Source: Candidatus Parcubacteria bacterium
Lineage (GTDB): Bacteria; Patescibacteriota; Minisyncoccia; Phycocordibacterales; Zambryskibacteraceae
Assembly (NCBI GenBank): GCA_019661785.1
Contig: JAIFWP010000004.1
Coordinates: 1 to 51,374 of the forward strand
DNA: 51,374 bases
Direction of reading: 5' to 3'
Part shown: piece after piece, positions 8,566 through 18,479 of the stretch
How positions within the stretch are numbered: the first letter of the stretch is position 1
Layout of the letters: each line of letters starts with the position of its first letter
Position numbers and translations under genes: made by a program
Notes under the pieces: model-generated
Told to the model about the DNA's origin: nothing
Database searches by the model: none
The model's input: only the letters and a program-made list of their open reading frames with translations

Positions 8566-11043
8566 TTAATTCTGGGCCCCGTGGCATTTTTTATACTTTT
8601 TGCCTGAACCGCACCAGCAGGGGTCGTTGCGGCCTAGCTCTTTGCCTTTGTCGTCAACCGGCACAGCAGTCACCTCGGTTATAGACAAGGCTTCCTTCTC
8701 TACTGACGTTTGAGGAGCCACGAAGCTGACACCTGCATCGATATTTACTATGAACTCGGCGACCTTAACGGCAATGTTCGCCTGCATATCCTTAAAGTAG
8801 CGCAGCCCCTCTCTCTTATACTCGACAAGCGGATCTCTCTGGCCATAGGCGCGCAAGGTGACGCTTCCTCGCAGGTACTCCATGGTCTCAAGATGGTCTA
8901 CCCAGAGCTCGTCATGAGTCTGGAGGATGACACGGCGGAGAGTGGGTAGAGCCTCAGGCTTCTCCATGAGCTCGGCAGTCTTCTTCACGAACTTCTCCCG
9001 CATCTCCTCGCTTAGGAGCATAGAGGCCTCGTCTATGTATGCGGCGAGGTCTGACTTCTCGCCAGAGAGCACCTCTCTGCGGCGCTTATATATAATAGTG
9101 CGCTGATAGTTAAGCACATCGTCGTACTCAAGGACGTGCTTCCTCGCGTCGAAGTTGAAGCCCTCTATCTTCTCTTGAGCTTTCTCGAGCGCGTTAGTGA
9201 TGAGCTTGTTCTCTATAGGCTCATCCTCAGGGATGTTGAAGCGGCCCATCATCTTCTTGATAGTGTCCGTGGCAAAGATGCGCATAAGGTTGTCCTCCAA
9301 GGAGACATAGAACTGCGTCTCGCCCGGGTCTCCCTGGCGGCCAGAGCGTCCGCGGAGCTGGTTGTCTATGCGCCTAGCGTCGTGGCGCTCCGTACCAAGG
9401 ACGAAGAGTCCTCCCCTGCCTTTGATATCCTCATAAGCCTCAAGTGTTCCTGGATTGCCTCCGAGCTTGATGTCGACTCCGCGTCCTGCCATGTTGGTGG
9501 CGATAGTCACAGCGGAGAGCTTGCCAGCTTGAGCGATAATCTCGCCCTCGCGCTCGTGGTTCTTGGCATTCAAGACCTCAAACGGTATGTCGGCGGACTT
9601 CAAGTACTCTGAGAGCACTTCGTTATCCTCGATAGACACCGTGCCGATGAGCACTGGCTGGCCCTTCTTGTGGAGTTCGCCAACCTTCTTCACCACTGCT
9701 TTGTACTTGCCCTTATCGCTCTGAAAGATGAGGTCGTTGTGGTCGAGGCGGGCTACGTCTTTGTTGGTAGGGATAGGATAAACCTCAAGTCCGTAAACTT
9801 TGTAGAACTCCTCCTTCGAAGTTAGGGCCGTACCCGTCATGCCCGAGAGCTTGCCGTACATCCTGAAGAAGTTCTGGAAGGTTATCGACGCGAAAGTGCG
9901 CGACTCCTGCTTTATCTTCACTCCTTCCTTGGCCTCTATAGCCTGGTGCAAACCCTCAGACCAGCGCCGTCCGGGCTGGAGACGACCTGTGAAGGTGTCC
10001 ACGATGACAACCTCACCATCTTTGACCACATAGTCGACGTTTTGCAGATAGAGAGCCTTGGCCCGGACTGCTGTCTCAAGGTGGTGCACGAATCTAACTC
10101 CTCCCTCGCTATAGATATTGCTCATGCCGAGGAGCCTCTCGGCCTTGTTGATGCCCGCATCCGTCATAGAGATGGCACGGCGCTTCTCGTCGACTTCAAA
10201 GTCGGTGTCGCGCTCCATGCCGCTCGCAATCTTCGCGAACTGCACATACAAGTCGCTCGCCTCTGTCGTCGGAGCCGAGATGATAAGCGGCGTACGAGCC
10301 TCGTCGATAAGGATAGAGTCTATCTCGTCGACCAAAGCGTAGTGGAAGCCTCTCTGCGAGAGTTGCGAAGCGTCATAGACCAAGTTGTCGCGGAGGTAGT
10401 CGAAGCCGAATTCATTGTTCGTACCATAAGTTATATCCGCGCGGTAAGCCTCTGCCTTCGATACTGGCCTTAGGAACTCGTGCACTACATGGAAGGAGCC
10501 TGTCTCGTCTCTCTCTTTGTCCTGCTTTTGATATAAGTCTGTATGAGTTGCATCGTATATATAAGACTCAGCATGGTTAAGCACTCCAACTGACAGTCCC
10601 AGCGCATTGTAAATCTGTCCCATCCAAGCGGCATCACGTCGAGAGAGGTAATCGTTCACCGTGACCACGTGCACGCCCTTACCCTCTAGCGCATTGAGAT
10701 ATGCTGGGAGTGTGGCGACAAGAGTTTTGCCTTCTCCAGTGCGCATCTCGGAGATACCGCCCTTGTGGAGCGCGATGCCGCCCAATATCTGCACATCGAA
10801 GTGGCGCTGGCCTAAAGTGCGCTTGCTGGCCTCTCTCACCGCAGCGTAGGCCTCTGGCAGGAGCTCGTCGAGAGTCTCGCCCTCGCTTAGGCGCTTCCTG
10901 AATTCCTCAGTCTTAGACTTAAGCTCATCTAGAGAGAACTTCTCGAACTCACTCTCAAGAGCGTTTATCGACACCACAAGAGGCCCCCAAGACTTGAGGG
11001 CTTTAGACTCTGAACTGCCGAAAATGGAGCTAAGGAAGGCCAT
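8566..11043 (-). CDS. secA: Preprotein translocase subunit SecA
   Basis: Motifs EMRTGEGKT, VTVNDYL, DEIDSILIDEARTPLIIS, TNMAGRGVDI, QLRGRSGRQGDPG, and SEC-C GRNDPCWCGSGKKYKKCH. Confidence 0.99.
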   Translation of the reverse strand: MAFLSSIFGSSESKALKSWGPLVVSINALESEFEKFSLDELKSKTEEFRKRLSEGETLDELLPEAYAAVREASKRTLGQRHFDVQILGGIALHKGGISEMRTGEGKTLVATLPAYLNALEGKGVHVVTVNDYLSRRDAAWMGQIYNALGLSVGVLNHAESYIYDATHTDLYQKQDKERDETGSFHVVHEFLRPVSKAEAYRADITYGTNNEFGFDYLRDNLVYDASQLSQRGFHYALVDEIDSILIDEARTPLIISAPTTEASDLYVQFAKIASGMERDTDFEVDEKRRAISMTDAGINKAERLLGMSNIYSEGGVRFVHHLETAVRAKALYLQNVDYVVKDGEVVIVDTFTGRLQPGRRWSEGLHQAIEAKEGVKIKQESRTFASITFQNFFRMYGKLSGMTGTALTSKEEFYKVYGLEVYPIPTNKDVARLDHNDLIFQSDKGKYKAVVKKVGELHKKGQPVLIGTVSIEDNEVLSEYLKSADIPFEVLNAKNHEREGEIIAQAGKLSAVTIATNMAGRGVDIKLGGNPGTLEAYEDIKGRGGLFVLGTERHDARRIDNQLRGRSGRQGDPGETQFYVSLEDNLMRIFATDTIKKMMGRFNIPEDEPIENKLITNALEKAQEKIEGFNFDARKHVLEYDDVLNYQRTIIYKRRREVLSGEKSDLAAYIDEASMLLSEEMREKFVKKTAELMEKPEALPTLRRVILQTHDELWVDHLETMEYLRGSVTLRAYGQRDPLVEYKREGLRYFKDMQANIAVKVAEFIVNIDAGVSFVAPQTSVEKEALSITEVTAVPVDDKGKELGRNDPCWCGSGKKYKKCHGAQN

Positions 11044-11077
11044 ATTGGGTCTATTTTAGCATTTTTCAAGGGTAAAG

Positions 11078-11109
11078 AAAAACGCTCCGGTTGCGGCCGG
11101 AGCGTTTTT
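11078..11109. terminator. Intrinsic terminator, bidirectional type
   Basis: AAAAA-CGCTCCGG-ttgcgg-CCGGAGCG-TTTTT, 13 nt downstream of the small basic peptide. Confidence 0.85.
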
Positions 11110-11122
11110 CAGAGAACCGAGA

Positions 11123-11197
11123 CTATGCTCGCTTCTTCTTGCGGGAAGACTTCTTCTTGGTTGTCTTCTTCGCTGCCTTTCTTTTTTTTGCTGCCAT
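11123..11197 (-). CDS. 24-aa Lys/Arg-rich histone H1-like micropeptide
   Basis: ATG GCA GCA AAA AAA AGA...TAG gives MAAKKRKAAKKTTKKKSSRKKKRA. It has an A-rich initiation region and its own terminator. Confidence 0.75.
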   Translation of the reverse strand: MAAKKRKAAKKTTKKKSSRKKKRA

Positions 11198-11349
11198 TGT
11201 ATTTTTTTCCGTGCGCCCCACCGAAGTGAGACAAGGCGGAATATTTTCTGTTAAGGTCGCAGAGAATATTCTTGAAAATATTTTCTACGTGCGACTGAGT
11301 TAATTATCGTACGCGCAAGATGCACATACAATAGTCTAAACGTGCAATA

Positions 11350-11358
11350 TGTGGATAA
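11350..11358 (-). promoter_or_regulatory. Perfect DnaA-box sequence TTATCCACA
   Basis: TGTGGATAA on the + strand in an intergenic region. It is a single box and its function is unproven. Confidence 0.4.
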
Positions 11359-11367
11359 CTTTCAAAA

Positions 11368-13419
11368 TTATTTCGTCGCGTTTTGTATCTGCTGTATGTA
11401 AGTTTCGGCTTGCGGAGCGAGATTAGGGAATTTGTTTTCGATATTTCGGAAAGTTGAGATGAGGAGAGAGTATTGCTTGTGCTGATACATGGCCGAGAGG
11501 ACTTGGGCGTCGTTTATGAATTCTTGTGCTGGCATTTCGGCAAGGAGCTTCTGTTCAAGAGCCATATCGCCTGCGTAGATAGCGCCTACAAGGTATGCTG
11601 ACTTGGCTTGGTAGTACCCCGGCGCTAAGTCATAGGCGTGCTTTAGAGTAGCGAGGGCTCCTTGATAGTCGCCTCTGTTGATTTGGCTTGAAGCTAGCTC
11701 GAAGTATATAACCTGCTTGTCTGGCATCTCCTCTATAGCCCTCTTGAGATACGCCTCTCCGGCTGCATACTGACCAGTACGAGTCAGGAAGTCCCCTGCA
11801 AGCATCTGATAGCGAGCATCATCTGGCACCTCGGCAGCTTGTCCTTCAACAGCAGTGCGTGCGAAGTTGTAGAAGCTATTCTTCTCCTCGAGAGTTGCGT
11901 TGCTAGCAAGAAGTGCCGGTGAGTTAGCAGCCATTTGCTCCACCACTTCAGGGCGGCCAAGCCTCGACTCGCCGTAAGCCTTGCGGAATTCGTTCATCGA
12001 AGCAGTCGGGTTGCCTGACTGCATATCTCGCAAGGCGGAGATGATGGTGGTGTTCGTAATAATAGGCCGGATGTTGACGAAGTAGAGCAGAGCGAGGAGC
12101 AAAATACCCGCAAGCGGCGCTGCCATGCTCTTCGTGCTGTCTTCGCTCACCATCTTGCCTGCGAATCTCTCCGTAACTGATGCAGATTCGACGAAAGCCA
12201 GGAAGAAGATGAAGAGAATATAGCTTATGAGATGGTCGAAGACGAAGAGGTTGTGGAAGAAGTAAGCTGCAAGAAGTCCGGTGAAGACAGCTCTCTCGGT
12301 CTTAGTGAAGGTCGACGCAGGCCTCCACAGATAGTAGAGCAGGCTAGCGTAGAGAGACAGGTATGCTATGAGGCCCAAGAGGCCTCCAGCGATAGCCCAG
12401 TCGAGGAAGATGTTATGAGCTCGGTCAAACCATGGTTCGAGGTTATACATCTCCGGTGAGTAATGCTCGTTGAAAACGTAGTTGAAGTTGTCTTGGCCCC
12501 AGCCTAGGACAGGATGCTCCATCACTCCCTTCAAGGCCATAGGCCAAACGAAGGCGCGGCCCTCGCTCTTCCACTCCGAAGCACTCAGGTTGGCGAAACG
12601 AGAGAGCACCGGGCTCCCCTGCACCAAGCTCGTATGCCTTAGAGAGAAGAAGAGCCCTATGACAACCACGAACCCTACTAAGTACGAGATGCCGAGACGG
12701 CGGAGCCTGTTGTCCTCCCTATTCCTAAGCGAAAGCACGCTTGCGACAAGAAGCCCTCCCAAGAGGCCGAGTATTGCTCCGCGAGTAGCGGTGAAGTAAA
12801 GCATGAGAGACTCGAGCAAGATGAGCGAGCCATAAAGCCACTTGAGCCCTCTCCCGCTCTCTCTTAGCCAGAAGTAGATAGCTATGAAGATGTGGAACAG
12901 GAGGTAAACCGCTAGGTATGCAGCATTGCCGAGAGTGCCATCTACGCGCGCACCGCCTTGATGTATCTCAAGCACTCCCAAGAGCTGGAAGATACAATAT
13001 ATAGACATGAGAGCTGACGCACCCAAGGAGACTTGCCACCAGCGCCTCCAGTCGAGCTCGCGGAAGAAGGACGAACCTACAAGGTAGAGCATGGTGAGGT
13101 GGAGGAGCGTGACGTAACCCTCCATTCTCTCGGCATTGGACCAGAAGCTCTTCATTGGTGCGGCGCCAAAGATGTCCGCAACTCCGATAACCGCGACAAA
13201 GGCTAGCAAAGCATAGAGTATGAAAGAGCGCTTGGGCCTATACTCGGCGTTAGCGAGGGCGAGCAGGGCCCAAGCAGCGAAGATTACCTCGACTATAATC
13301 CTCCAAGCGAAGGCCTTAGTGGTGATAAACGGAAAGAAGAGCGAGCTAGAGACAAGGAAGGGCACAAACGGAATAGCGAAGAGCCCTATATATATGATGG
13401 TCTTAAGGTGTTTTTGCAT
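11368..13419 (-). CDS. O-antigen ligase/O-oligosaccharyltransferase (Wzy_C) family protein with C-terminal TPR repeats
   Basis: About 12 TM helices, RVDGTLGNAAYLA, TATRGA, R..VW..A....HP.LGWGQDNF, DRAHNIFLD...GG.LG, and TPR-like helices at the C-terminus. Confidence 0.9.
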   Translation of the reverse strand: MQKHLKTIIYIGLFAIPFVPFLVSSSLFFPFITTKAFAWRIIVEVIFAAWALLALANAEYRPKRSFILYALLAFVAVIGVADIFGAAPMKSFWSNAERMEGYVTLLHLTMLYLVGSSFFRELDWRRWWQVSLGASALMSIYCIFQLLGVLEIHQGGARVDGTLGNAAYLAVYLLFHIFIAIYFWLRESGRGLKWLYGSLILLESLMLYFTATRGAILGLLGGLLVASVLSLRNREDNRLRRLGISYLVGFVVVIGLFFSLRHTSLVQGSPVLSRFANLSASEWKSEGRAFVWPMALKGVMEHPVLGWGQDNFNYVFNEHYSPEMYNLEPWFDRAHNIFLDWAIAGGLLGLIAYLSLYASLLYYLWRPASTFTKTERAVFTGLLAAYFFHNLFVFDHLISYILFIFFLAFVESASVTERFAGKMVSEDSTKSMAAPLAGILLLALLYFVNIRPIITNTTIISALRDMQSGNPTASMNEFRKAYGESRLGRPEVVEQMAANSPALLASNATLEEKNSFYNFARTAVEGQAAEVPDDARYQMLAGDFLTRTGQYAAGEAYLKRAIEEMPDKQVIYFELASSQINRGDYQGALATLKHAYDLAPGYYQAKSAYLVGAIYAGDMALEQKLLAEMPAQEFINDAQVLSAMYQHKQYSLLISTFRNIENKFPNLAPQAETYIQQIQNATK

Positions 13420-13432
13420 AGGAAAAACTATA

Positions 13433-14446
13433 TCACAAACCCTTCCTCAGCTTATTGACCGCCGCTCGGAACAAATTCCAAGCCTCCCAGCCCCACTTCC
13501 CTGTCTTAATAACGATTTTATCTAAAAGAGTCACCACCTCCCCCTTAGTCTCCTGCCTGAAGTGGAAGTATCTCTCCCAGTCAGTGCTTATGAGTGCGGG
13601 AATGTTGTACTTCCTGCCGCCTTGCTTGTGCTCAAGTAGCGAGGAAACATGGTCCTTCTCATAATGAGCTCCTCTCCACAGAGTAGACCAGAACACATCC
13701 GGATCTATAGAGAAGAAGACATGCGTGAACATATAATCGAATATCTTCCTCGTATCCGCGCTTACTCCAACGGGCGGGTAGAATGGAAAGTAAGCATAGT
13801 CCGGCACGCCAATAACCTCTCTGTACTCCGAGTAAGCATGCTTCAAGACCATCTCTCTGTGCACCGAGGAAATGAATTCAAATCTGTCGTAGGCGAGTAT
13901 CGCTTCGCAGAACTCTATCATCGCCTTCGTAGTAGAGGCGAAGTACAGGTCATGCAAGAGGAAGGTCGAGGGCTGTATGGCTGTGGCGTATATCGCTCGT
14001 GAGTTTGTGTTCGACTCAACATCGGCAAGGAAGGAGTCAACCAGCTTCTTTATATCTAAATACGTATCAGTCCTGGTTTTGATTGCATAATCTATGCCGC
14101 TCTTCTCGAGCTCCTTGAGGCCGTTAAGCGTGCTAAGAAACTGTCTGAACTTGTTGTTGTCCTTGTAGTGTCCAACCTGCTTCAAGCCTCCGGGGTCCGG
14201 AGCCGACACGAGCTTCACTCCCTTCCAGCCATCGCCCTCCTTGACCTCATTATCCCAAGTTGAGACTACTATCTCATCGAAGAGGTGCCCGAAGTCATCG
14301 ACTATCCTCTGGATATTCTCCCTGCAGTCGAAGTGCACTATGCCTCCGTCTTTAGCCAGCTGCTCCGGTGTATCGTGTAGCCTATTCCCCGCCCTGCCTA
14401 TAGACATGAGGGGCCCCTGTATGACCAAACCGATCTTCTTGTTCAT
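13433..14446 (-). CDS. WavE-like polysaccharide synthesis protein
   Basis: IGLVIQGP, EIVVSTW, DPG...N..RQFLSTLNGLK and YAIKTRTD match WavE family motifs. Confidence 0.75.
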   Translation of the reverse strand: MNKKIGLVIQGPLMSIGRAGNRLHDTPEQLAKDGGIVHFDCRENIQRIVDDFGHLFDEIVVSTWDNEVKEGDGWKGVKLVSAPDPGGLKQVGHYKDNNKFRQFLSTLNGLKELEKSGIDYAIKTRTDTYLDIKKLVDSFLADVESNTNSRAIYATAIQPSTFLLHDLYFASTTKAMIEFCEAILAYDRFEFISSVHREMVLKHAYSEYREVIGVPDYAYFPFYPPVGVSADTRKIFDYMFTHVFFSIDPDVFWSTLWRGAHYEKDHVSSLLEHKQGGRKYNIPALISTDWERYFHFRQETKGEVVTLLDKIVIKTGKWGWEAWNLFRAAVNKLRKGL

Positions 14447-14479
14447 TTAGAGCCAAATCATAGCACTGGTTCTTACCTC

Positions 14480-14555
14480 TTGACAATTAGATTTATAATA
14501 GGTATTGTCACTCCAGAAGCTCAGTATCAAACTATTGCTTACAACCCCATGGAGG
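14480..14555 (+). promoter_or_regulatory. Sigma70-type promoter TTGACA-17-TATTGT with GGAGG SD
   Basis: TTGACA 14480-14485, TATTGT 14503-14508, GGAGG 14551-14555 (4 nt before the ATG). Confidence 0.7.
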
Positions 14556-14559
14556 AGAG

Positions 14560-15426
14560 ATGGACCTCAAGGATTTGAAAACCCAGCGTCTGTTAAATGA
14601 CGCGGTGAGAGCAGGCATGTCTGTCGTTCGAAATTCTCAGGGTGGTCTAATCGATAACCCTGAAATCAAAGACGACAAGACCCTCGTCACCACGACCGAT
14701 CGACTCTCGGAAGAGAAGATCGTCAGCATCATCCGTCAGGAGTTCCCTAACATCCGCATCGTGAGGGAAGAAGGGGCCGAGAGCGGAGACAGCGAGATTG
14801 GGTTGCTGATTGACCCTCTCGACGGGACGCGCGCCTTTGCTAGCGGACTGGCGACGTCGACCGTTATCATCGGAGTCTACGACTTCGTGAAGAAGCAAGT
14901 CGTCGGCTGCGTGATTGGTGAGGCTGCCACAGGTAGAGTGCGGTCAGCTTTCGAGGGTGACAGGACTTTCTTCATGTCACCCATGGATTCGAGCCACGTC
15001 TGGGACGGACCTCTCGACGAGCAGTCGACAGTCTTCCTCGATGTCTCACACGGCTTCAGCCGGAAGGGCCGCCAAATCCTCACCGACGAGCATGTGGCCA
15101 GACTCTTCGGCAGGCTGAACGGCAAGATGAAGCTCGCCATCCCCGGCTCGAATGGTCTCATCCAGTCTCTGGTGGCGAACGGCGGACAGCGGGCAGCAGG
15201 CTCCATCACCACCGCTATCGGCGGTCCATGGGACGTCTGCGGCGTGAAGCTCGTACTGAATGCTGGAGGGTCAGCCAGAGCCTTTTCGACCCAGTGGAGG
15301 AATAGCGGGTGCGCTCTAACAGAGCAAGACCCGCTTGATGTCATGGGCTACGACATCCTCATCTGCGGTAATTCAACGCAGACCGTGAAAACTCTCGTGA
15401 ATGAGCTGATCCAGTGCATTTTCTAG
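14560..15426 (+). CDS. Divergent inositol monophosphatase-family protein (stand-alone cassette)
   Basis: Motifs LVTTTDRLSE, REEG, LIDPLDGT.AF, PWDVCG. Confidence 0.85.
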   Translation: MDLKDLKTQRLLNDAVRAGMSVVRNSQGGLIDNPEIKDDKTLVTTTDRLSEEKIVSIIRQEFPNIRIVREEGAESGDSEIGLLIDPLDGTRAFASGLATSTVIIGVYDFVKKQVVGCVIGEAATGRVRSAFEGDRTFFMSPMDSSHVWDGPLDEQSTVFLDVSHGFSRKGRQILTDEHVARLFGRLNGKMKLAIPGSNGLIQSLVANGGQRAAGSITTAIGGPWDVCGVKLVLNAGGSARAFSTQWRNSGCALTEQDPLDVMGYDILICGNSTQTVKTLVNELIQCIF

Positions 15427-15432
15427 ACAGAT

Positions 15433-15471
15433 GCCCCCGTACACTACACGCGTACGGGGGCGTTCTTATTT
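15433..15471 (+). terminator. Intrinsic terminator
   Basis: GCCCCCGTAC/GTACGGGGGC stem followed by GTTCTTATTT. Confidence 0.75.
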
Positions 15472-15498
15472 AGAAAATCATGCTACAATTTTGGACTT

Positions 15499-16200
15499 AT
15501 GAAGCTGTCAAAGCTTAAAAACCTCATCGGTAGGCGCCTGAATCAGCACTACACCAAGAAGGGCCGCATGGTCGCTATATTTGCCGACCTCAAAGATAGC
15601 GAGGATGCCAAGGGGCTCAGGCTAGTACAAGAGATTAAGGGAGAGACAGACATGCTCTTGAAGCATCAAGAAGCCTTCCTTATATATAAGACTGTGAAGA
15701 AGACCGAGAAGATTGCTGGTGACATAGCCGAGGTCGGCGTCTACAAAGGTGGCTCGGCAAAGCTCATACGCGAGGCTACGAGCAAGACCCTGCACTTGTT
15801 CGACACCTTCGAAGGCCTGCCCGAGACGACCTCCAAGGATAACCAGCAGAAGTTCAAGCAAGGCGAGTTGGCTGCGTCTCTAGAAGGCGTGCAGGACTAT
15901 CTGAAGGGCTACTCGGATGTATATTTCTACAAAGGACTGTTCCCGGAGACGAGCGGCCCCGTAGAGAATAAGAAATTCTCTTTCGTACACCTTGACGTCG
16001 ACTTATACAAATCGACCCTGGACTGCTTGGACTTCTTTTATCCTCGCATGACGACCGGAGGAGTCATCATGAGCCACAACTACCGCGACCTAGTGGGAGT
16101 GAGGAAGGCTTTTGATGAATTCTTCAAAGATAAGCCCGAGATAATCATCGAGCCCTCTGGCACGAGCCAAGCTCTTGTGGTGAAAACTGCTGTTTTATAG
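15499..16200 (+). CDS. TylF/MycF/NovP-family O-methyltransferase
   Basis: Motifs GDIAEVGVYKGGS, LFDTFEGLP, KGLFPET, FVHLDVDLYKST, GGVI. Confidence 0.9.
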   Translation: MKLSKLKNLIGRRLNQHYTKKGRMVAIFADLKDSEDAKGLRLVQEIKGETDMLLKHQEAFLIYKTVKKTEKIAGDIAEVGVYKGGSAKLIREATSKTLHLFDTFEGLPETTSKDNQQKFKQGELAASLEGVQDYLKGYSDVYFYKGLFPETSGPVENKKFSFVHLDVDLYKSTLDCLDFFYPRMTTGGVIMSHNYRDLVGVRKAFDEFFKDKPEIIIEPSGTSQALVVKTAVL

Positions 16201-17778
16201 CTTGCGGAGCACATCGTTCTCCTTGAGAGATCTCCAGAGATTCAACTTTCCATAGTAGTAGAGGAAGTGGTTAAACGGATAATGATGCAGAGGAGCCATG
16301 TTGAGCCAGATGAGGGCCGTGAGCTGGCGAATCTTCCTAGTGTCGTATTTATATTTGCGGATGAAGTCGAAGAAGGTCACTTGGCAGTCCACCAAGGAGC
16401 TTGAGCGCATAATCTCCACGCGAACATTCCTCCCATCAGACTCCACGGTAAACAGGTTGTTGTTGATGACGCCGTGGTTCACTGTCAGGTTGTGGTTCAA
16501 TTTTGCCAAGTCATAGTAGCGATCTCCCCCACGCAGAAGCCCGCCGAAGTCCTGCCGCCAGTCGAGGAGGCAGTAGCCGTAGTCTGTCTTCAAGATATTG
16601 TCGAGTATAAAGTCTCCATGGAACCTCGACTGCAAGCCCTCGAATAGCCTGGCAAAATCCACGAGCTTGAGCACTTCTCTGAGCGCCGGTATCTGCTCTC
16701 CGTTTATAACATGGTCCGTGTCCTTCAAGTCATTGGCTTTCAAGAACTGGTCTATCCTCCTATTGGTCTTATCTACATAAAACGACCTACAAGCCTCCCT
16801 GAACACATCTTCCTTGGCCTCGTTCTCCTCTCTCCAGAAGCTATTCTGCGCCCACTCGAGGAACTTCTTGAAGTCCGTCGGCTGCACTATATGTGAGTAG
16901 AGCTCCCCCGGCACTAACTTATACCTGTAGAAGTTCCCTACTACTCCCTCCATGTCTGGGACGAACCCTTTAAGCATCTTGCCGCGCTCGGCACGGTCTC
17001 TCACTATCTTCTCATCAGAGAAAAACTTAATGACGAACGTATCGAACATGAAAACCGCTTCGCCTGCCTTGTCGAGGTCATCAAGCGAGCTCCCTGCATC
17101 ACGACGTGCAGCCTGCAGAGCAGTAGGATTGCCGATATCATGCCACACAGGGAACTCGGTGAGCTCCATGGGCACACCCTTCTCTATCATCTTGGAGAGG
17201 GTCTGACAGTCGTTTAGCGTCTTGTTGTCTGGATTAGAGGCATACAACTTCCCTAGTTCGTCCCAGAAGGATGCGAAGTCATGAATCCCGACTAAACCGA
17301 TGTGGAGGAAATCGGCATTAATAGCCCCTTTTTCATTGAACTGCAATTTGCCGTCACGCAAGACCCATGAGGCATACTGTGTAGTGTCGCTTCCTTTGTA
17401 TACGCCAATCCAATTCTTGTCCGGCATGGGCACCGGTCCATCGATAAGCGTGTCACACGCATGGAAAATGAAGGGACACTGCAGAGCACTCTTGGCATCA
17501 AGCATAGAGAGGCCGAGGCTCGAGCCTGGACCATCATAATTCTTCACTTCAACATATTCGAAATGTCCTTGCGGATAAGTAAGCGAGAGGAAGTCTCTCA
17601 CCTGTTTGCCGAAGTGCCCTATCGTCACCACGAAGCGAGTATCCTTGGGATACTCCTCGATTATGTGCGAGATGGCCGGCTTCGTGCCTATCCTTACCAA
17701 AGACTTATTGGTGTAGGCAGTAAGAGGACCCAGCCGCGAGCCAATGCCCGAGGTCGTTATGAGGACTTTATGATTCAT
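16195..17778 (-). CDS. Bifunctional nucleotidyltransferase plus APH/choline-kinase-like phosphotransferase
   Basis: N-terminal LITTSGIGSRL...NKSLV, ACD, WHDIGN. C-terminal FHGDFILDNIL, LLDWR, DRYYDLAKL. Confidence 0.85.
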   Translation of the reverse strand: MNHKVLITTSGIGSRLGPLTAYTNKSLVRIGTKPAISHIIEEYPKDTRFVVTIGHFGKQVRDFLSLTYPQGHFEYVEVKNYDGPGSSLGLSMLDAKSALQCPFIFHACDTLIDGPVPMPDKNWIGVYKGSDTTQYASWVLRDGKLQFNEKGAINADFLHIGLVGIHDFASFWDELGKLYASNPDNKTLNDCQTLSKMIEKGVPMELTEFPVWHDIGNPTALQAARRDAGSSLDDLDKAGEAVFMFDTFVIKFFSDEKIVRDRAERGKMLKGFVPDMEGVVGNFYRYKLVPGELYSHIVQPTDFKKFLEWAQNSFWREENEAKEDVFREACRSFYVDKTNRRIDQFLKANDLKDTDHVINGEQIPALREVLKLVDFARLFEGLQSRFHGDFILDNILKTDYGYCLLDWRQDFGGLLRGGDRYYDLAKLNHNLTVNHGVINNNLFTVESDGRNVRVEIMRSSSLVDCQVTFFDFIRKYKYDTRKIRQLTALIWLNMAPLHHYPFNHFLYYYGKLNLWRSLKENDVLRKL

Positions 17779-18470
17779 TGAAGAGTTCCGTCTATGGTCT
17801 TGCGCAAGTCTCTTAGCTTATTCTCAAGCGTATCTTCATGCGGACGATATATAGTTCCGGTACCACAGACTAGCATGCTAGCTCCACGCCTGACCATCTC
17901 AGGAGCGGACTCAGGAGTGACACCGCCATCAATCTCTATTATAACCTCAGTCCTATGCTTGAACTTCTCCCGAGTGTCAGAAATCTTCTGCATCGTCTCA
18001 GGTATTAGCTTCTGTCCCAAGATGCCCGGCTGTATAGCCATGAGCATGACGAGATCAACTTCACCCAGCACCGAGTCCAAGACGCTGAGCGGTGTCTCTG
18101 GCTTCAAAGCAACTCCTACTAACACGCCCTGCCCTTTGATACCTCTAACGGCAGCGGCAATATCTGGGACAGCTTCCGCATGTATGGCTATGAGGTCTGC
18201 ACCTGCTTTAACAAAAAGCGGCACATACTTCTCGGGATTATCTATCATGAGATGTACATCGATTGGGATATCCGTGACAGAGGTTATGGCCTTAAGCATC
18301 TCCGGATAGAGGCCGAGGCGCGGTACGAAGCTCCCATCCATGACATCGAAATGGAGCGAGTCCGCATCCGCTCTCTCAAGTGCTTGCAGCTCGGTTTTGA
18401 GCTCAAGCGGATTGCCGCATATGAGCGACGCGCTAATAAGATAAGGCCTGTCTTTGGAAAACCATTTCAT
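17775..18470 (-). CDS. Ribulose-phosphate 3-epimerase family (Rpe/AlsE-like)
   Basis: Motifs HFDVMDGSFVP, DVHLMI, ALKPETP, IEIDGGV, LVCGT. Substrate uncertain given the glycan-locus context. Confidence 0.9.
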   Translation of the reverse strand: MKWFSKDRPYLISASLICGNPLELKTELQALERADADSLHFDVMDGSFVPRLGLYPEMLKAITSVTDIPIDVHLMIDNPEKYVPLFVKAGADLIAIHAEAVPDIAAAVRGIKGQGVLVGVALKPETPLSVLDSVLGEVDLVMLMAIQPGILGQKLIPETMQKISDTREKFKHRTEVIIEIDGGVTPESAPEMVRRGASMLVCGTGTIYRPHEDTLENKLRDLRKTIDGTLQ

Positions 18471-18479
18471 AAATAGAGT

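Noticed and set aside
11350-11358. Replication origin
   Set aside because: There is only one perfect DnaA box, with no box cluster and no dnaA or dnaN nearby.
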